DNA of 64,000 nt from Pyrodictiaceae archaeon (GTDB lineage Archaea > Thermoproteota > Thermoprotei_A > Sulfolobales > Pyrodictiaceae): assembly GCA_027036135.1 (NCBI GenBank), contig JALVSY010000007.1, positions 1,060,880 through 1,124,879 on the forward strand. Reading direction: 5' to 3'. The notes under the pieces were generated by a model. It was not told the origin of the DNA. It saw only the letters and a program-made list of their open reading frames with translations, and ran no database searches. Every line of letters begins with the position of its first letter. Within the stretch, counting starts at the first letter, position 1. A program made the translations under genes and the position numbers. Shown in pieces: positions 29,256 to 40,103 of this stretch.

Positions 29256-30212
29256 ATGGGCGTATGCTTTATGTCTTCTCGGGCTACAGATAGCGGGGTT
29301 GGCGGTGGCTTGTCAAGTAGTGCTTGTAGGCTCTTTGATAGGGGGCTGCGTAGTGCCCGGGGGTTTGCTGAGAGTCTCTATACGGGGCTCTCGCGTAGCC
29401 GCGAGACGGGCCTCGGGCTAGAGTATGTTGATTTCCGCGACTACGTCTACGGGGACGATATCCGCTATGTTGATTGGAGGCTTAGCGCTCGCCGCGTCGA
29501 TCCTAGTGGAGAGCACCGGCTCGTTGTCAAGGTTTTCCAGGCCGAGAGGATGATTAACACAGTGTTCGTAGTAGACCTCACAGCATCAATGGGCTTCGGG
29601 GAGAAGCTCTGGATGCTCGGCTACGTATCCATGGTTCTTGGCTCCTTAGCAGCTAGCCTAGAGGATAACGTCACAGTCCTTGTTATCCGCGATGATATCC
29701 GTGCCTATGTTCCTCGTTCTCCCCGCGAGCTACCCTTGCTCCTCGAGGGCATTGTTTGCCGAGGAGAAGCCCCCCAGGGAGACCTAGGCCTAGATGGGGT
29801 CGCTAAGCGTCTTCACAGGGCTCGTTACCGCCCAGTAGTACTGGTAACTGACTACGCCCACGGTACCGAGGAGTTCTACGGGTTTCTTCGAGCAATGAGG
29901 GCTCAGCGCAACCGCGTCTATAGCGTGCTCCTCCTAGACCGCTACGAGGTAGAAGAACCAATCGAGAACGCCGTAGTGGCTCTAGTTGACCCGGAGACCG
30001 GGGCCGTGGCCAGGGGTAGGCTCAGATCCCTCTATGACGCGGCTCGGAGACACGTAGCCGGGGTAAGGGCGGTTGCTAAGCTATACTCTGTCTCGTTCAC
30101 CGAGCTACTCGGTAAGACGGGGGCCATAGCGATGAGGCATAGGCTCGTGAATGGTTACCTAAGGACCCGAAGCGGGCTCCGAGCAGCCCTAGGCTCTCCT
30201 GCGCTGGGTTAG
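29256..30212 (+). CDS. DUF58 protein (MoxR partner)
   Basis: GLGLEYVDFRDYVYGDDIRYVDWRLSAR, VDLTASM, LVTD, LVDPETG. Confidence 0.92.
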   Translation: MGVCFMSSRATDSGVGGGLSSSACRLFDRGLRSARGFAESLYTGLSRSRETGLGLEYVDFRDYVYGDDIRYVDWRLSARRVDPSGEHRLVVKVFQAERMINTVFVVDLTASMGFGEKLWMLGYVSMVLGSLAASLEDNVTVLVIRDDIRAYVPRSPRELPLLLEGIVCRGEAPQGDLGLDGVAKRLHRARYRPVVLVTDYAHGTEEFYGFLRAMRAQRNRVYSVLLLDRYEVEEPIENAVVALVDPETGAVARGRLRSLYDAARRHVAGVRAVAKLYSVSFTELLGKTGAIAMRHRLVNGYLRTRSGLRAALGSPALG

Positions 30213-30224
30213 CGGGGAGGTCTG

Positions 30225-31229
30225 CTAGCGTACGCAGATGATGCTACAGCCATCGCCTATCACAACCACGGTGCCAACGTGAGCGCCTATGTAATGGCTT
30301 GGGTATTTGGATGCTAGTATTGAGTGCATCAAGCTGCCGCTGCAATGAATAGGCGCAATATACTCTACGCCGAGGCCTACTAGCTCCTTGGCTATCTTCT
30401 CTACCTCGTTCCTCGGGGCCCATGCGAGGTGGAACCCGCCCATCAATAATAGTATTCTCTCGTGGAGTAATTGCTCGGCGTGCTTAACAATCCTGGCTAC
30501 GCCTGGGTGGCTACAGCCAACGAGGAGGACGAGGCCCCTACTAGTATTGATTGCTAGCGACTCCTCTGCTGGTGGCCCCCAGAGCGGCGGTAGTACATAG
30601 ATCCCTGGAACCACTATAGTTGTTGTGTTAACGACTCTTATGTTGTGTAGCCCGAGGCTCTTGATCCAGCTAAGCACGCTGCTACTAATACCGCTCGGCA
30701 CGTAGACGGGGACATCTGGGCAGTGGCGAGCTATATAGGGTAAGCCTCCGACATGGTCCATGTGCTCATGTGAAATAACCACGGCGGATACGTTGCACGG
30801 GTTAATGCCTAGGCGCTTAGCGTTATAAGCCAGGGTGCCCGGGTCGGGCCCGGTATCGAACAACACATTACCCCAAGGGGTCTCGACGAAGATGCTGAGA
30901 CCCCAGCTTGCCTGTAGAGAGTCCCAGGGATTATTATCGACGAGTACATAGAGCCTAGCATAGGGTACAGATACACCAGTGGGGACAACCGTTACATTTC
31001 CCCAAACACGTTGACTAATAGTAGCTGATACGCCGCCCCTCTGCCTAGCACTCCCCAAGAATAGCAGGGCAAGTACTAGGACAGCGATAACGAGTAAGAC
31101 TAGGCCCCATGTTCCAAGGAACCCTCGAGGATTCCTAGGCAAAACAATGCCCCCATACCATACGATATAGTTCAGGCTCGTATATAGTATCTTGCCCAGA
31201 TAGGAGGAATAATCAATTAACTTAATCAA
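30225..31229 (-). CDS. Membrane-anchored MBL-fold metallohydrolase (COG1237-like)
   Basis: WGLS, LFDTG, SHEHMDH, GCSHPG, GGFHL, PIHCSG; N-terminal TM. Confidence 0.88.
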   Translation of the reverse strand: MIKLIDYSSYLGKILYTSLNYIVWYGGIVLPRNPRGFLGTWGLVLLVIAVLVLALLFLGSARQRGGVSATISQRVWGNVTVVPTGVSVPYARLYVLVDNNPWDSLQASWGLSIFVETPWGNVLFDTGPDPGTLAYNAKRLGINPCNVSAVVISHEHMDHVGGLPYIARHCPDVPVYVPSGISSSVLSWIKSLGLHNIRVVNTTTIVVPGIYVLPPLWGPPAEESLAINTSRGLVLLVGCSHPGVARIVKHAEQLLHERILLLMGGFHLAWAPRNEVEKIAKELVGLGVEYIAPIHCSGSLMHSILASKYPSHYIGAHVGTVVVIGDGCSIICVR

Positions 31230-31271
31230 GGGAGCCTAGCCTAGGGTGGTAAGAGGGGATGTTGAGGGCGA

Positions 31272-31949
31272 TTGGGGCTTAGCCCTCCCGGAGTGCTGAG
31301 CCCGTGCTCCGTGCTGACCCTGGCAAACCAGCCCATGGCAATGCCACTAGCAAGGGTGCAAACTGTAATGGCTCTGAAGAAGGTACTAATACTCAATGAT
31401 AAGTGGCTAGCAAGGGTGCTTGGCCCCCGCTGCGCGGAGGATACAGCAGTATTTAGGGAGTGTGCTAAGAGGCTCCGTGGCACAGAGGAATACAGAGTAC
31501 TAGGAAGGTTCCTCGATGAGAACCCAGAGAACCGGGTAATCTACCTAGGAGACGACGGCATACTAGCCCGCGTCTTCGGAGACCGAGTCCTAGACCTCTA
31601 TGGCTCAAGGACCAGACTTCGCTGCCGGAAATGCGGGCACCGCTGGTGGATAGACCAGGGCCAACAATGCCCCCACTGCAGCTCAACAAGCTACGAGCCC
31701 GACTACACACCTCCCGGAGAAAGGCCCCCACAGAAGAAGATACTAGAAGCACTATACGAGGTAACTAGCAGCGATGAAGCATACTTCGTAGAGCCCAGGA
31801 ACCCGCCGGAGCTAATAGAGCTACTCCTACTAATCATTGCCCTCAAGTTCACCGACAAAGTAACAGTTATCGGAGAACCACTTAGTCATCTAAGAAACCT
31901 AGTAAGAATAGAGAACTCCCTCACCTCAATCCTCGAGAACAACGAGTAA
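31272..31949 (+). CDS. Degenerate Sir2-like protein with Zn ribbon
   Basis: DDGILARV...VLDLYGS...CRKC...CPHC...PD...GERPP parallels the sirtuin DGLH...ELHG...CxxC...RP..GE region; probable start at 31341. Confidence 0.6.
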   Translation: MGLSPPGVLSPCSVLTLANQPMAMPLARVQTVMALKKVLILNDKWLARVLGPRCAEDTAVFRECAKRLRGTEEYRVLGRFLDENPENRVIYLGDDGILARVFGDRVLDLYGSRTRLRCRKCGHRWWIDQGQQCPHCSSTSYEPDYTPPGERPPQKKILEALYEVTSSDEAYFVEPRNPPELIELLLLIIALKFTDKVTVIGEPLSHLRNLVRIENSLTSILENNE

Positions 31950-32015
31950 TAGCGGGAATACAAGTACCCTGAGGGGCAAAGAAGCGTAGAAGCCCATTAA
32001 GAGTCATCCACGGAA

Positions 32016-32675
32016 TTACCTATGGAATAACTTCTTCAGCTCAGCATATAACTTATATAGGTCGTCTATCCGTTTATTCGTCTCCTCGATTTTTGCTAAC
32101 AACGTTTCTTGTACTTTATCTATTCTCCGATTAGTCTCCTCAATCTTTGCTAATAGAGTAGTCTGCACAACATCGATCCGCTTATTAGTATCGTCTATTC
32201 TCTTATTGGTCTCGTCTATCCGTTTGTTTGTCTCTTCTATCTTTGTTAATAGGATTTCTTGTACTGAGCCTATTCTCCTATTTGTTTCCTCGATCCTAGC
32301 TAGTAGTACTTCTTGTACCCTATCTATTCTCTTATCTGTCTCGTCGATTTTTGTCAATAGTATCTCTCGCACCTTGTCTGCTCTTTTATTGGTCTCGTCG
32401 ATCTTTGCTGAAAAGGCCTCCTGTATACTGTTTATCCTCTTATTGATATCGTCTATTCTTCTGTTAGTCTCCCTTATTTCCTCCCCTAGTTGCCTTCTTG
32501 TCTCCTCTATTTCCTCTCTAAGCTCTCTCCTTGTCTCCCTCATTTCCTTATGCATGAGGTCTAGGTAGAGGAGCAAGATATCCTCTGTACTTAGCTTCTT
32601 TTTCTTCTCCAGCTTCTCCAGTATCCTTTTCGAGACTTGGCTCAATAAGCTGCTAAGTACAGCTTCTTCGGCCAA
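32016..32675 (-). CDS. paREP-type coiled-coil repeat protein
   Basis: KKLSTEDILLLYLD head followed by 18-aa/7-aa repeats KI(D/E)ETN(K/R)RIDxVQExLL. Confidence 0.8.
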   Translation of the reverse strand: MAEEAVLSSLLSQVSKRILEKLEKKKKLSTEDILLLYLDLMHKEMRETRRELREEIEETRRQLGEEIRETNRRIDDINKRINSIQEAFSAKIDETNKRADKVREILLTKIDETDKRIDRVQEVLLARIEETNRRIGSVQEILLTKIEETNKRIDETNKRIDDTNKRIDVVQTTLLAKIEETNRRIDKVQETLLAKIEETNKRIDDLYKLYAELKKLFHR

Positions 32676-32802
32676 TTACTAGGCCCCAGTAAAATCGATG
32701 CGGTAGTAATCGAAAACACTTACGCCTACCCTAGGAAAAGGCTTTGGCGTGAGCAACGTTACCAGGTTACGTGTTCTGCCTTTAAGTTGTACCCGGTACC
32801 CC

Positions 32803-33582
32803 TTAGATCCAGCGCTTCTTTCTCCTATACCACTTTGCTCTCCGATAGCTGGTCTCTGGCTTCAGCCCGAGGTAGAACTCTTTTACGTCCTTGTCCTCTC
32901 TTAGCTTCTCAGCGGGCCCTTCTAGCACTATCTTACCGTTCTCAAGTATGTAGCCATAATCAGCTATTTCTAGTGCCTTTTTCGCGTTCTGCTCAGCCAG
33001 TAGCACCGTTATACCCTCTTCCTCGTGGAGCCTCCTTATGGCTTCGTAGAGCTCATGTACTATACGAGGCGCTAAGCCAAGGCTAGGCTCATCTAGTAGC
33101 AATAGCTTCGGTTTAGCTAGGAGAGCTAAGCCTATGGCGAGCATTTGTTGCTCTCCGCCACTTAGGTAACCTACTCGCTTTCTTCGATGTACTTTTAGCC
33201 TTGGGAAATACTTGTACACTGTATCAGTATCACTGCTTCCCCACGCATACGCGACAGCCTCTATGTTCTCCTCGACGCTTAGTTCACGGAATACCTGCCT
33301 ACCCTCAGCGACGTAGACCACGCCTTTACGAGAGATCTTGTCTGGCTCCTTGTTCTCTATCCTTTCTCCGAGAAAGCTTATCGAGCCCCTTGTAATCCTG
33401 CCACGGTACAGCTTGATGACCCCCGATACCGCGCGTAATAGGGTTGTTTTGCCAGCACCGTTAGGGCCAAGAATCGTTGTAATGCTGTCATTCTCTACCC
33501 TTAGGCTGATACCCTTAAGCACCATTATGAACGGGTGATAAACTACCTCTATGTTATTTACACTTAGCAACGGGCTTGGCAT
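32803..33582 (-). CDS. livF: Liv-type ABC ATP-binding protein (LivF-like)
   Basis: GPNGAGKTT, LSGGEQQMLA, DEPSLGLAP, EQN. Confidence 0.9.
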   Translation of the reverse strand: MPSPLLSVNNIEVVYHPFIMVLKGISLRVENDSITTILGPNGAGKTTLLRAVSGVIKLYRGRITRGSISFLGERIENKEPDKISRKGVVYVAEGRQVFRELSVEENIEAVAYAWGSSDTDTVYKYFPRLKVHRRKRVGYLSGGEQQMLAIGLALLAKPKLLLLDEPSLGLAPRIVHELYEAIRRLHEEEGITVLLAEQNAKKALEIADYGYILENGKIVLEGPAEKLREDKDVKEFYLGLKPETSYRRAKWYRRKKRWI

Positions 33583-33639
33583 GTCCCCCCACCAAGTATC
33601 AGAGCCGTGGATGTTGAGAAGAAGAAAACGTAGACATGG

Positions 33640-35010
33640 TCATCCACTTGTCGCTGCTGCGCAGTCGAAGCCCTTTGGCTCTATTGGGCCTAGGAAGTGG
33701 AATTTGTCATCCTTCCCGTACATCACTATGTACACGGTCTTGAATGGTAAATGGTTACCCGGACAGAATCTCATTGGCGGCGTTATGTCCCCAAGCCTTA
33801 TCGGGTCTCCATGACAGCTACTCTCTAATGCCTCTTTTAGTGCTTCCCCTTTCTTTATTAAGAGTTCCTTGCTTGTAGTCCTTTCTATGGCTTTGACTAG
33901 TAGCCAGACATTCATAAAGCCTTGCATAAACCTCAAATTCACCTGTTTTTGCGGTATTCCCGATATTCTCGCTGCCTCATAGACTTCCCGGTACCCGGGT
34001 CTATCTTTGGCGTATTCAGGCCATATCCAAGGAGAAACTCCTACTACTTTGCCGGCTATGTCCCTGCCAGCTATCCGTGGAAAACGTTCATCGAATCCCC
34101 ATACATTTACTATCATTATTGACTTCAGTCCATATGCTGCGACGTATTTGGCTGCAAGTGCGCAGCTTGTTATCGTGTTTCCACACCATATGAAATCCGG
34201 TTTGGAACCCAGTAGCTCAGTTACTGCTCTTTCGGCATCGGCTCCTGTGGCTGCAAGAGGGAGATTTACATCAGCTACTATTCTTATACCCTCTTTCTTC
34301 GCATATGACTTTATTGCTGGTATAGGGCTTTTACTATATGCTATTTCGTGGTCATAAAGCAGTGCTAGCTTGGCCTTCTTCATCTTGGTTGTAATCCAGG
34401 TTAATGCAGCACAGGCCTGTGTGCTATAATCTGGCGCTGGAAAGAAGTTGTATGGCTTATGTACAAGCTCAGCAGAATAGCTAGCTGATATATACAATAT
34501 CTTGTCATGGGCTGTCTGATTAGCTAGCTTCTCTGTATCGGCTGTTCCCCAACCAACTATTGCTACCACATGGTACTTGTCGCGGAACTCTTTGTAGAAC
34601 TCAACAGCTCTACTAGGGTTATAGGCGTAATCTCTCTCAACTGCGTCGAGATATACTCTTACACCATCTTTTGTATATATCCCTTTCTTGTTAAAGTATT
34701 TTATAGCTGCCATAACACCTTTTGCATAGTCTCTTCCGACATCACTTGTAGGCCCACTCTCATCAACAAGCACACCTATTGGTAAATGTATCTCCTTTGA
34801 GGCGCTACCGGGGCTTGGCGCTGTACTAGTCCTAGTAGTTGCTGGGGCGCTCTTGCTGCTTGGTAATGCACTAGTGGTCTGCGAAGCCACGGGAGTACTT
34901 GTCTGGCTAGACGTGCTTTTGCCTGATCCGGGATGATAAAAAACCGTTGCTAGGCCAGCTATCACTATTATTGCTACAGCTATGCTTATTAAAAGCGTAC
35001 GCGAACTCAT
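33640..35010 (-). CDS. Liv-type substrate-binding protein with S/T-rich linker
   Basis: N-terminal TM, S/T/P linker, DESGPTSDVG, GWGTADT, APDYS, NVWG. Confidence 0.88.
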   Translation of the reverse strand: MSSRTLLISIAVAIIVIAGLATVFYHPGSGKSTSSQTSTPVASQTTSALPSSKSAPATTRTSTAPSPGSASKEIHLPIGVLVDESGPTSDVGRDYAKGVMAAIKYFNKKGIYTKDGVRVYLDAVERDYAYNPSRAVEFYKEFRDKYHVVAIVGWGTADTEKLANQTAHDKILYISASYSAELVHKPYNFFPAPDYSTQACAALTWITTKMKKAKLALLYDHEIAYSKSPIPAIKSYAKKEGIRIVADVNLPLAATGADAERAVTELLGSKPDFIWCGNTITSCALAAKYVAAYGLKSIMIVNVWGFDERFPRIAGRDIAGKVVGVSPWIWPEYAKDRPGYREVYEAARISGIPQKQVNLRFMQGFMNVWLLVKAIERTTSKELLIKKGEALKEALESSCHGDPIRLGDITPPMRFCPGNHLPFKTVYIVMYGKDDKFHFLGPIEPKGFDCAAATSG

Positions 35011-35094
35011 TTTCCCACCCTAAGCACCTAAACATATATTATCTAGATATATTTAAACTTTTCTTATAATACATGATATGTTTTAGGAAAATAA

Positions 35095-36117
35095 CTAGTA
35101 TCTGAAAGGCCAGAGACGGAAGTACTCTTTGGCCCTTCTTAGAATTCCTATGAGCCCGTCTGGCTCCAGTACAACGAAGATTGCTATGAGGCCTCCAAGT
35201 ACCATATACTTAATAGCAGCGTTGGCTGCAAAGGCCCCCGCTAATAAGCTCCAACCAGTATGTATCGTTAGTGCTCCAAGCAGGCTCCCCCATACGAGTC
35301 TCCCGGGGCCACCCACGAGAACCATTGCTAAGTACTCTATAGACGTATCAAGAGTAAATGCTCCCCAGCCTATACTAGGGTTCGCGAGTGCATAAAGACC
35401 GCCAGCAAGTCCCGCATAGAGACTGCCAAGGGCAAAGGCTAGGGCCTTAGTACGTGTAACATTTATCCCTACGACGCTCGCAGAGACATCATTGTCTCTC
35501 ACGGCTTTCATTGCTCGCCCAATGCCGCTTCGCCCAATATTTGCGGCGAATAGAGCAGCAGCCAGAGTTGCTCCCAATACAAGATAGTATAGCGCTAGGC
35601 CCTTGCCGAGGTAAATGCCAGTGATTATTTTCGTGTTGTATGGAATGCTTATTCCTTGATGTGGGTCTATCCAAGTCTTAAACATATACTCTAGTATTGC
35701 CTGGACAGCTATACTCGCCATGGCCAAGTAGTAGCCCTTGAGCCTAAATGATGGGAGTCCTAATACGAAGCCCACGGCAGCTGTCATAATGGCTCCCAGC
35801 GGTATAGCAACTAGTACATTGACTCCATGAAGCGCCAAGTGAGCCACAGTGTATGCTCCGATACCCATTAGTGCGCCTTGTGCAAGCGATATTTGGCCAG
35901 CGAGCCCCGTGACTATGTTTAACCCCATGGCTCCGATGAAGAATACTAAGAGCGCCACAGCTTGGTCAATTCCATAGCTTCCAGCGAGTACCGGGAAGAG
36001 TAGTGCTATAGCTAGTCCAGCAATGAGTGCTGCCTTGTGTATTGGGTACCGTAGTAGAGCCATATCCGCGAGATAAGTCTCCTTGAATACTCCGGCAGGC
36101 ATTTTCACCGCCTCCAT
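35095..36117 (-). CDS. livM: Liv-type permease (LivM-like)
   Basis: GLAGQISL, RLKGYYLAM, GRAMKAVRDN. Confidence 0.9.
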   Translation of the reverse strand: MEAVKMPAGVFKETYLADMALLRYPIHKAALIAGLAIALLFPVLAGSYGIDQAVALLVFFIGAMGLNIVTGLAGQISLAQGALMGIGAYTVAHLALHGVNVLVAIPLGAIMTAAVGFVLGLPSFRLKGYYLAMASIAVQAILEYMFKTWIDPHQGISIPYNTKIITGIYLGKGLALYYLVLGATLAAALFAANIGRSGIGRAMKAVRDNDVSASVVGINVTRTKALAFALGSLYAGLAGGLYALANPSIGWGAFTLDTSIEYLAMVLVGGPGRLVWGSLLGALTIHTGWSLLAGAFAANAAIKYMVLGGLIAIFVVLEPDGLIGILRRAKEYFRLWPFRY

Positions 36118-36118
36118 C

Positions 36119-37003
36119 TCATAGTCTTTCTATTCTTTCGGTTCCGAAGAACCCATAGGGCTTAAGCAGCAGCACAACGAGCATTACGATAAAGGCAGCT
36201 ACTTCTCCGAATCCCGGCAAATAGTTGTGGAGAAAATAGTCTCCAAACTGCTCTGTGAAACTCAGCACAAAGCCGCCAACAACTATGCCAGCGATACTAT
36301 CCAGGCCTGCTAGCAGACTAGCGGCAAGAGCCTTCAACACATAGCTATCTATGCCAGGGCTTACCCCCGCCTTTAAGCCAAAGGCTAGGCCTCCAAGAGC
36401 CCCTAATAGTCCAGCAAAACCCCAGCTCAGAGCTGTTAGTCTACGAACAGGTAGCCCATAACCAGCGGCGCCATAGGGATTCTCTGCGACAGCTCTCATA
36501 GCGACCCCTAGCCTAGTAAATCGATGAATACCGATCACTAAGCCTAGGGCCACTAGTGCTACAGCAAGAGCAGCTATATCGGAGCCTGTGAACACCACTG
36601 CACCGATACGGTAAACAGTGCCAAAGTCTCCTAGACTGCCTCCGCTCCAATAGCTCCCAGTAGCTTCTATCGCTACACCTCTTAGTAAGTAGAATACACC
36701 AAGGGTAGCAGCAATTAGCGCTACTGGAGGTCTCCCAAGCAGTGGTCTTGCCACACCACGCTCGAGCAAAATTCCTATACCGAATCCTATGAATGATGCT
36801 ATCAATGCTGCTAGGAAGAATCCAAGGCCCTGCATACTCGCTACTAGCGCAGCATAGGCAGCTACTAGGGCTATCTCTGGGTGGGCAAGGTTAATCGACT
36901 TACTAACCCTGTATACCAGGTTAAAGCCGAGAGCCAGTACCGAGTACAATACCCCCATTACTATCGATTCCTTAACCAATACACCTGCTATAGATGCATC
37001 CAT
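36119..37003 (-). CDS. livH: Liv-type permease (LivH-like)
   Basis: ALGFNLVY...INLAH, GVAMRAVAE, KPYGFFG. Confidence 0.9.
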   Translation of the reverse strand: MDASIAGVLVKESIVMGVLYSVLALGFNLVYRVSKSINLAHPEIALVAAYAALVASMQGLGFFLAALIASFIGFGIGILLERGVARPLLGRPPVALIAATLGVFYLLRGVAIEATGSYWSGGSLGDFGTVYRIGAVVFTGSDIAALAVALVALGLVIGIHRFTRLGVAMRAVAENPYGAAGYGLPVRRLTALSWGFAGLLGALGGLAFGLKAGVSPGIDSYVLKALAASLLAGLDSIAGIVVGGFVLSFTEQFGDYFLHNYLPGFGEVAAFIVMLVVLLLKPYGFFGTERIERL

Positions 37004-37085
37004 CCTACGTCACCCGGTAACGTGCATGAAGTGGACTAGACACAGTAAGCAATACACCTAGTTCACGAAGAAAGAATAGAGAGTC

Positions 37086-38999
37086 TTAGACAGTGATTAT
37101 ACGTACCTTCCTCTCCACGGCTATCCTCCTGCCATCCTCTAGCCTTATCTCGGCACAAACTAGCGCCTCGTCGTCACCATGGTACATGGCTTCTATTAGC
37201 TCCTTGTAGCGCTGTTCAATCACTCTTCTCCTAAGCTTCCTCGTACGAGTCATCTCTCCATCGTCTGGATGGAACTCCTTGAAGAGGCTAACGAAGCGCC
37301 TAACCCTTATCTCCTCATGTAACGACCTATTAGCTCTCATAACCTCTTCTCTCAGTAGGCTCAGTACCTCTGGCTTCTGGCTAAGGTCGCTATAGCTCGT
37401 GAACGCTATGCCTCGGTGCTCAGCCCATCGCGACACAGTTGGATAATCTATGTTCAGTATAGCTATCAAGTATGGTCTATTCTCGCCAATCACGGCCGCT
37501 TCGGCTATGTAGGGGCTAAATTTTAGCTTATTCTGGACTACTTGCGGAGCAACCTTGGTTCCGTTGCTCAGCGTTATAATTTCCTTAGCCCTATCGTGCA
37601 CAACTAGGTGTCCATCGCTTGTGATCTCTCCTATGTCGCCCGTGTGTAGCCAGCCTTCGGGATCAATGGTTTTCCTCGTGGCCCCGGGGTTGCGGTAATA
37701 GCCTTTCATCACGGCTGGGCTCCTTATGAGTATCTCGCCATCTTCGCTAATCCTTAGCTCGGTCTCCGGGAGAGGTTTGCCGACAGTCTCTGGTCTCACA
37801 TCATCGTCTGGATGGACAACAGCTATGCCAGCTACCTCTGTCTGGCCATAGATCTGCTTCAGGTTAACACTCAGTGCGTGGAAGTAGAGGAAGTAGTCGG
37901 GCCCAAGCATTGCTCCGCCAGTATAGGCTCTCCTTACTCGCTTCAATCCCTTCTTGTCAAGAATGCTTCTCAGAGCTAGCCAGTACGCTACGTAGCGTAG
38001 TATCCTCCAACCCAGGCTTGGCCTCCTTTTCCCGGGTTTGAGCCTGGACTTAGCAGCTCTGTAGCCTATCAAGATAGCAATTTCATACGCTAGGCGCTTT
38101 ACTGGGTCACTATCCCTTATATCAGCCATAACATCCCTGGCGATCCTCTCCCATATCCTTGGCGGCGCAAAGAGGAAGTGGGGCGCTATCTCCCTGAAAT
38201 CACGCCATAGCGTCTCGCTCTCTGGGAAGTTTACTCGGAACCCCGTCATGAAGTGAAGCGCTATGCTCATCATCTGCTCGCCGACCCATGCCGGGGGTAG
38301 GAAGGATACATACTCCCAGTCCTCCTCAATGGGGTCTAGCTTGTTTAGCTGATAAGCCATGGCTAGGAGGTTCCGATGGCTCAACATAGCCAGCTTAGGC
38401 CTACCCGTGGTACCGCTAGTCGTGAAGAACCCTGCCACGTCATCCGGGTCTAGATCCCTTACTAGCTCGTCGTAGATCCCAGGGCTCTGCTCATCCAACG
38501 CCTTACCGGTCTTTAATAGATCACTGAAAGTTATTACTTGGTCTCCGAGCTTCTCGCGGTAGAGGTGAAGCCCTTTAGCCTCATCAACTATTATTTTCTC
38601 AACCCGGGTCTTATCAATGATCTCCAATACTCTATCAAGCTGTTCTTGGCCCTCAACTAGCACAACTCTTGCATCGCTCTCGCTCAGCACATAGGCTATC
38701 TCGTCCGCTAAGCTGTCACGATACACACCAACGGTTATTGCTCCGAGGCTCTGCGCCCCAACCTCGTAGATAGGCCATGCCGGCCTATTCCCAGTTATGA
38801 ATGCCGCCTTATCCCCCTTGCCAATTCCGAGGCTATAGAGGCCGAGCGCAGCCTATCTCACTAGCTGATAGTATTCCCTCCAGGTAAACCGGTTCCATAC
38901 GCCGTAGCGCTTCCAGCGGAAAGCAGTGGCTCCTGGCTTTTCCTTAGCCATCCTGGCTAATAGCCAAGGGAACGTAGTACGATACGGCTCCATGTTCAT
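37086..38999 (-). pseudogene. Long-chain acyl-CoA synthetase with in-frame TAG at 38855-38853
   Basis: Frame continues from ATG 38999 (KRYGVWNRFTWREY) through one TAG into the tracked ORF; TSGTTGRPK, YGQTE, WLHTGD. Confidence 0.85.
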
Positions 39000-39001
39000 A
39001 G

Positions 39002-39862
39002 CTAGCCACCCATATAGGCCTCTATAACCTTTGGGTTGCGAGCCACCTCGTAGGGGAGGCCATCGGCTATCACCTTGCCATAATCCATGACTATGACTCT
39101 ATCACAGAGATCCATGACGACCTCAAGGTCGTGCTCAACGAGGACGAAGCTCGTCCCCCTCGTCTCATTGACCTCAACTATTGCTCTAGCGATGTCCTCC
39201 TTCTCCTCCCTACTAAGCCCGGCCATAGGCTCGTCCATGAGGACTAGCTCGGGTTTCTGTGCAAGAGCCCTGGCAAGATCAACCCTCTTCTGCACGCCGG
39301 GCGGAAGACTACCTACTACGTGGTAACGGTATGGATGTAGATCTAGGAGATCTATGACTTGCTCAGCCCTGGCCCGGGCCCACTCTTCCCATTTCTTGGT
39401 GCTACGGGACCATAGGGCAGCAGCTAGTGTGCTGTACTTGCGCCAGGGCTCTAGCCCCGACATTATATTCTCTAATACTGTCATGGAGGTGAATAGCTCG
39501 CTGTGCTGGAAGGTTCTAGCTATTCCTAGCCGGACCCTCTCAGCGGGTGAGAGCCTGGTTATGTCCCTGTTCTTGAATATTATCCTGCCTTTCTGCGGCT
39601 TGTAGAACCCGGATATAATGTTAAGCAGCGTTGTTTTACCAGCACCATTAGGCCCGACAATACCGAGTATCTCGCCCGGCTTGACGACGAACTCCACGTT
39701 GTCTACTGCTATGACTCCTCCAAATCTAACAACGATGTCCTCGACTCGGAGAACATGGTCTAGACGGGGGAGAGGCCTTGCCCGGTACTCCTCGCTGCTA
39801 CGCCACAGCACTTGGTAATCGAAGTTCCTCACCTCCTTGCTACGCTGCCGAGCGAAGAACAA
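39002..39862 (-). CDS. livG: Liv-type ABC ATP-binding protein (LivG-like)
   Basis: FGGVIAV, GPNGAGKTT, ARTFQ, DEPMAG, VIEAYMG. Confidence 0.9.
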   Translation of the reverse strand: MFFARQRSKEVRNFDYQVLWRSSEEYRARPLPRLDHVLRVEDIVVRFGGVIAVDNVEFVVKPGEILGIVGPNGAGKTTLLNIISGFYKPQKGRIIFKNRDITRLSPAERVRLGIARTFQHSELFTSMTVLENIMSGLEPWRKYSTLAAALWSRSTKKWEEWARARAEQVIDLLDLHPYRYHVVGSLPPGVQKRVDLARALAQKPELVLMDEPMAGLSREEKEDIARAIVEVNETRGTSFVLVEHDLEVVMDLCDRVIVMDYGKVIADGLPYEVARNPKVIEAYMGG

Positions 39863-40103
39863 AACGCACCATCTCGCACACCCCTTGCCATTGCTATTCT
39901 CTCACATTTATCATAAGCTGTGTACGAAAGGAACACTGCTAGACTCATCTATTTATACTTTTCCCTAAATAGTGGGACGGATTCACTTTAACACAACATC
40001 ACTGGAGTGTACCGAGATTAAGCACTAAGCTAAAATCACTCCACGCCTAGCCCTAAGGGCTCAGTGTAATTACCTACTTAAAAGCCGTCGCTGGTGCATA
40101 GTA

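Noticed and set aside
38853-38855. Pyrrolysine recoding of the in-frame TAG
   Set aside because: No pyl genes in the window and not expected in this lineage; a nonsense mutation is simpler
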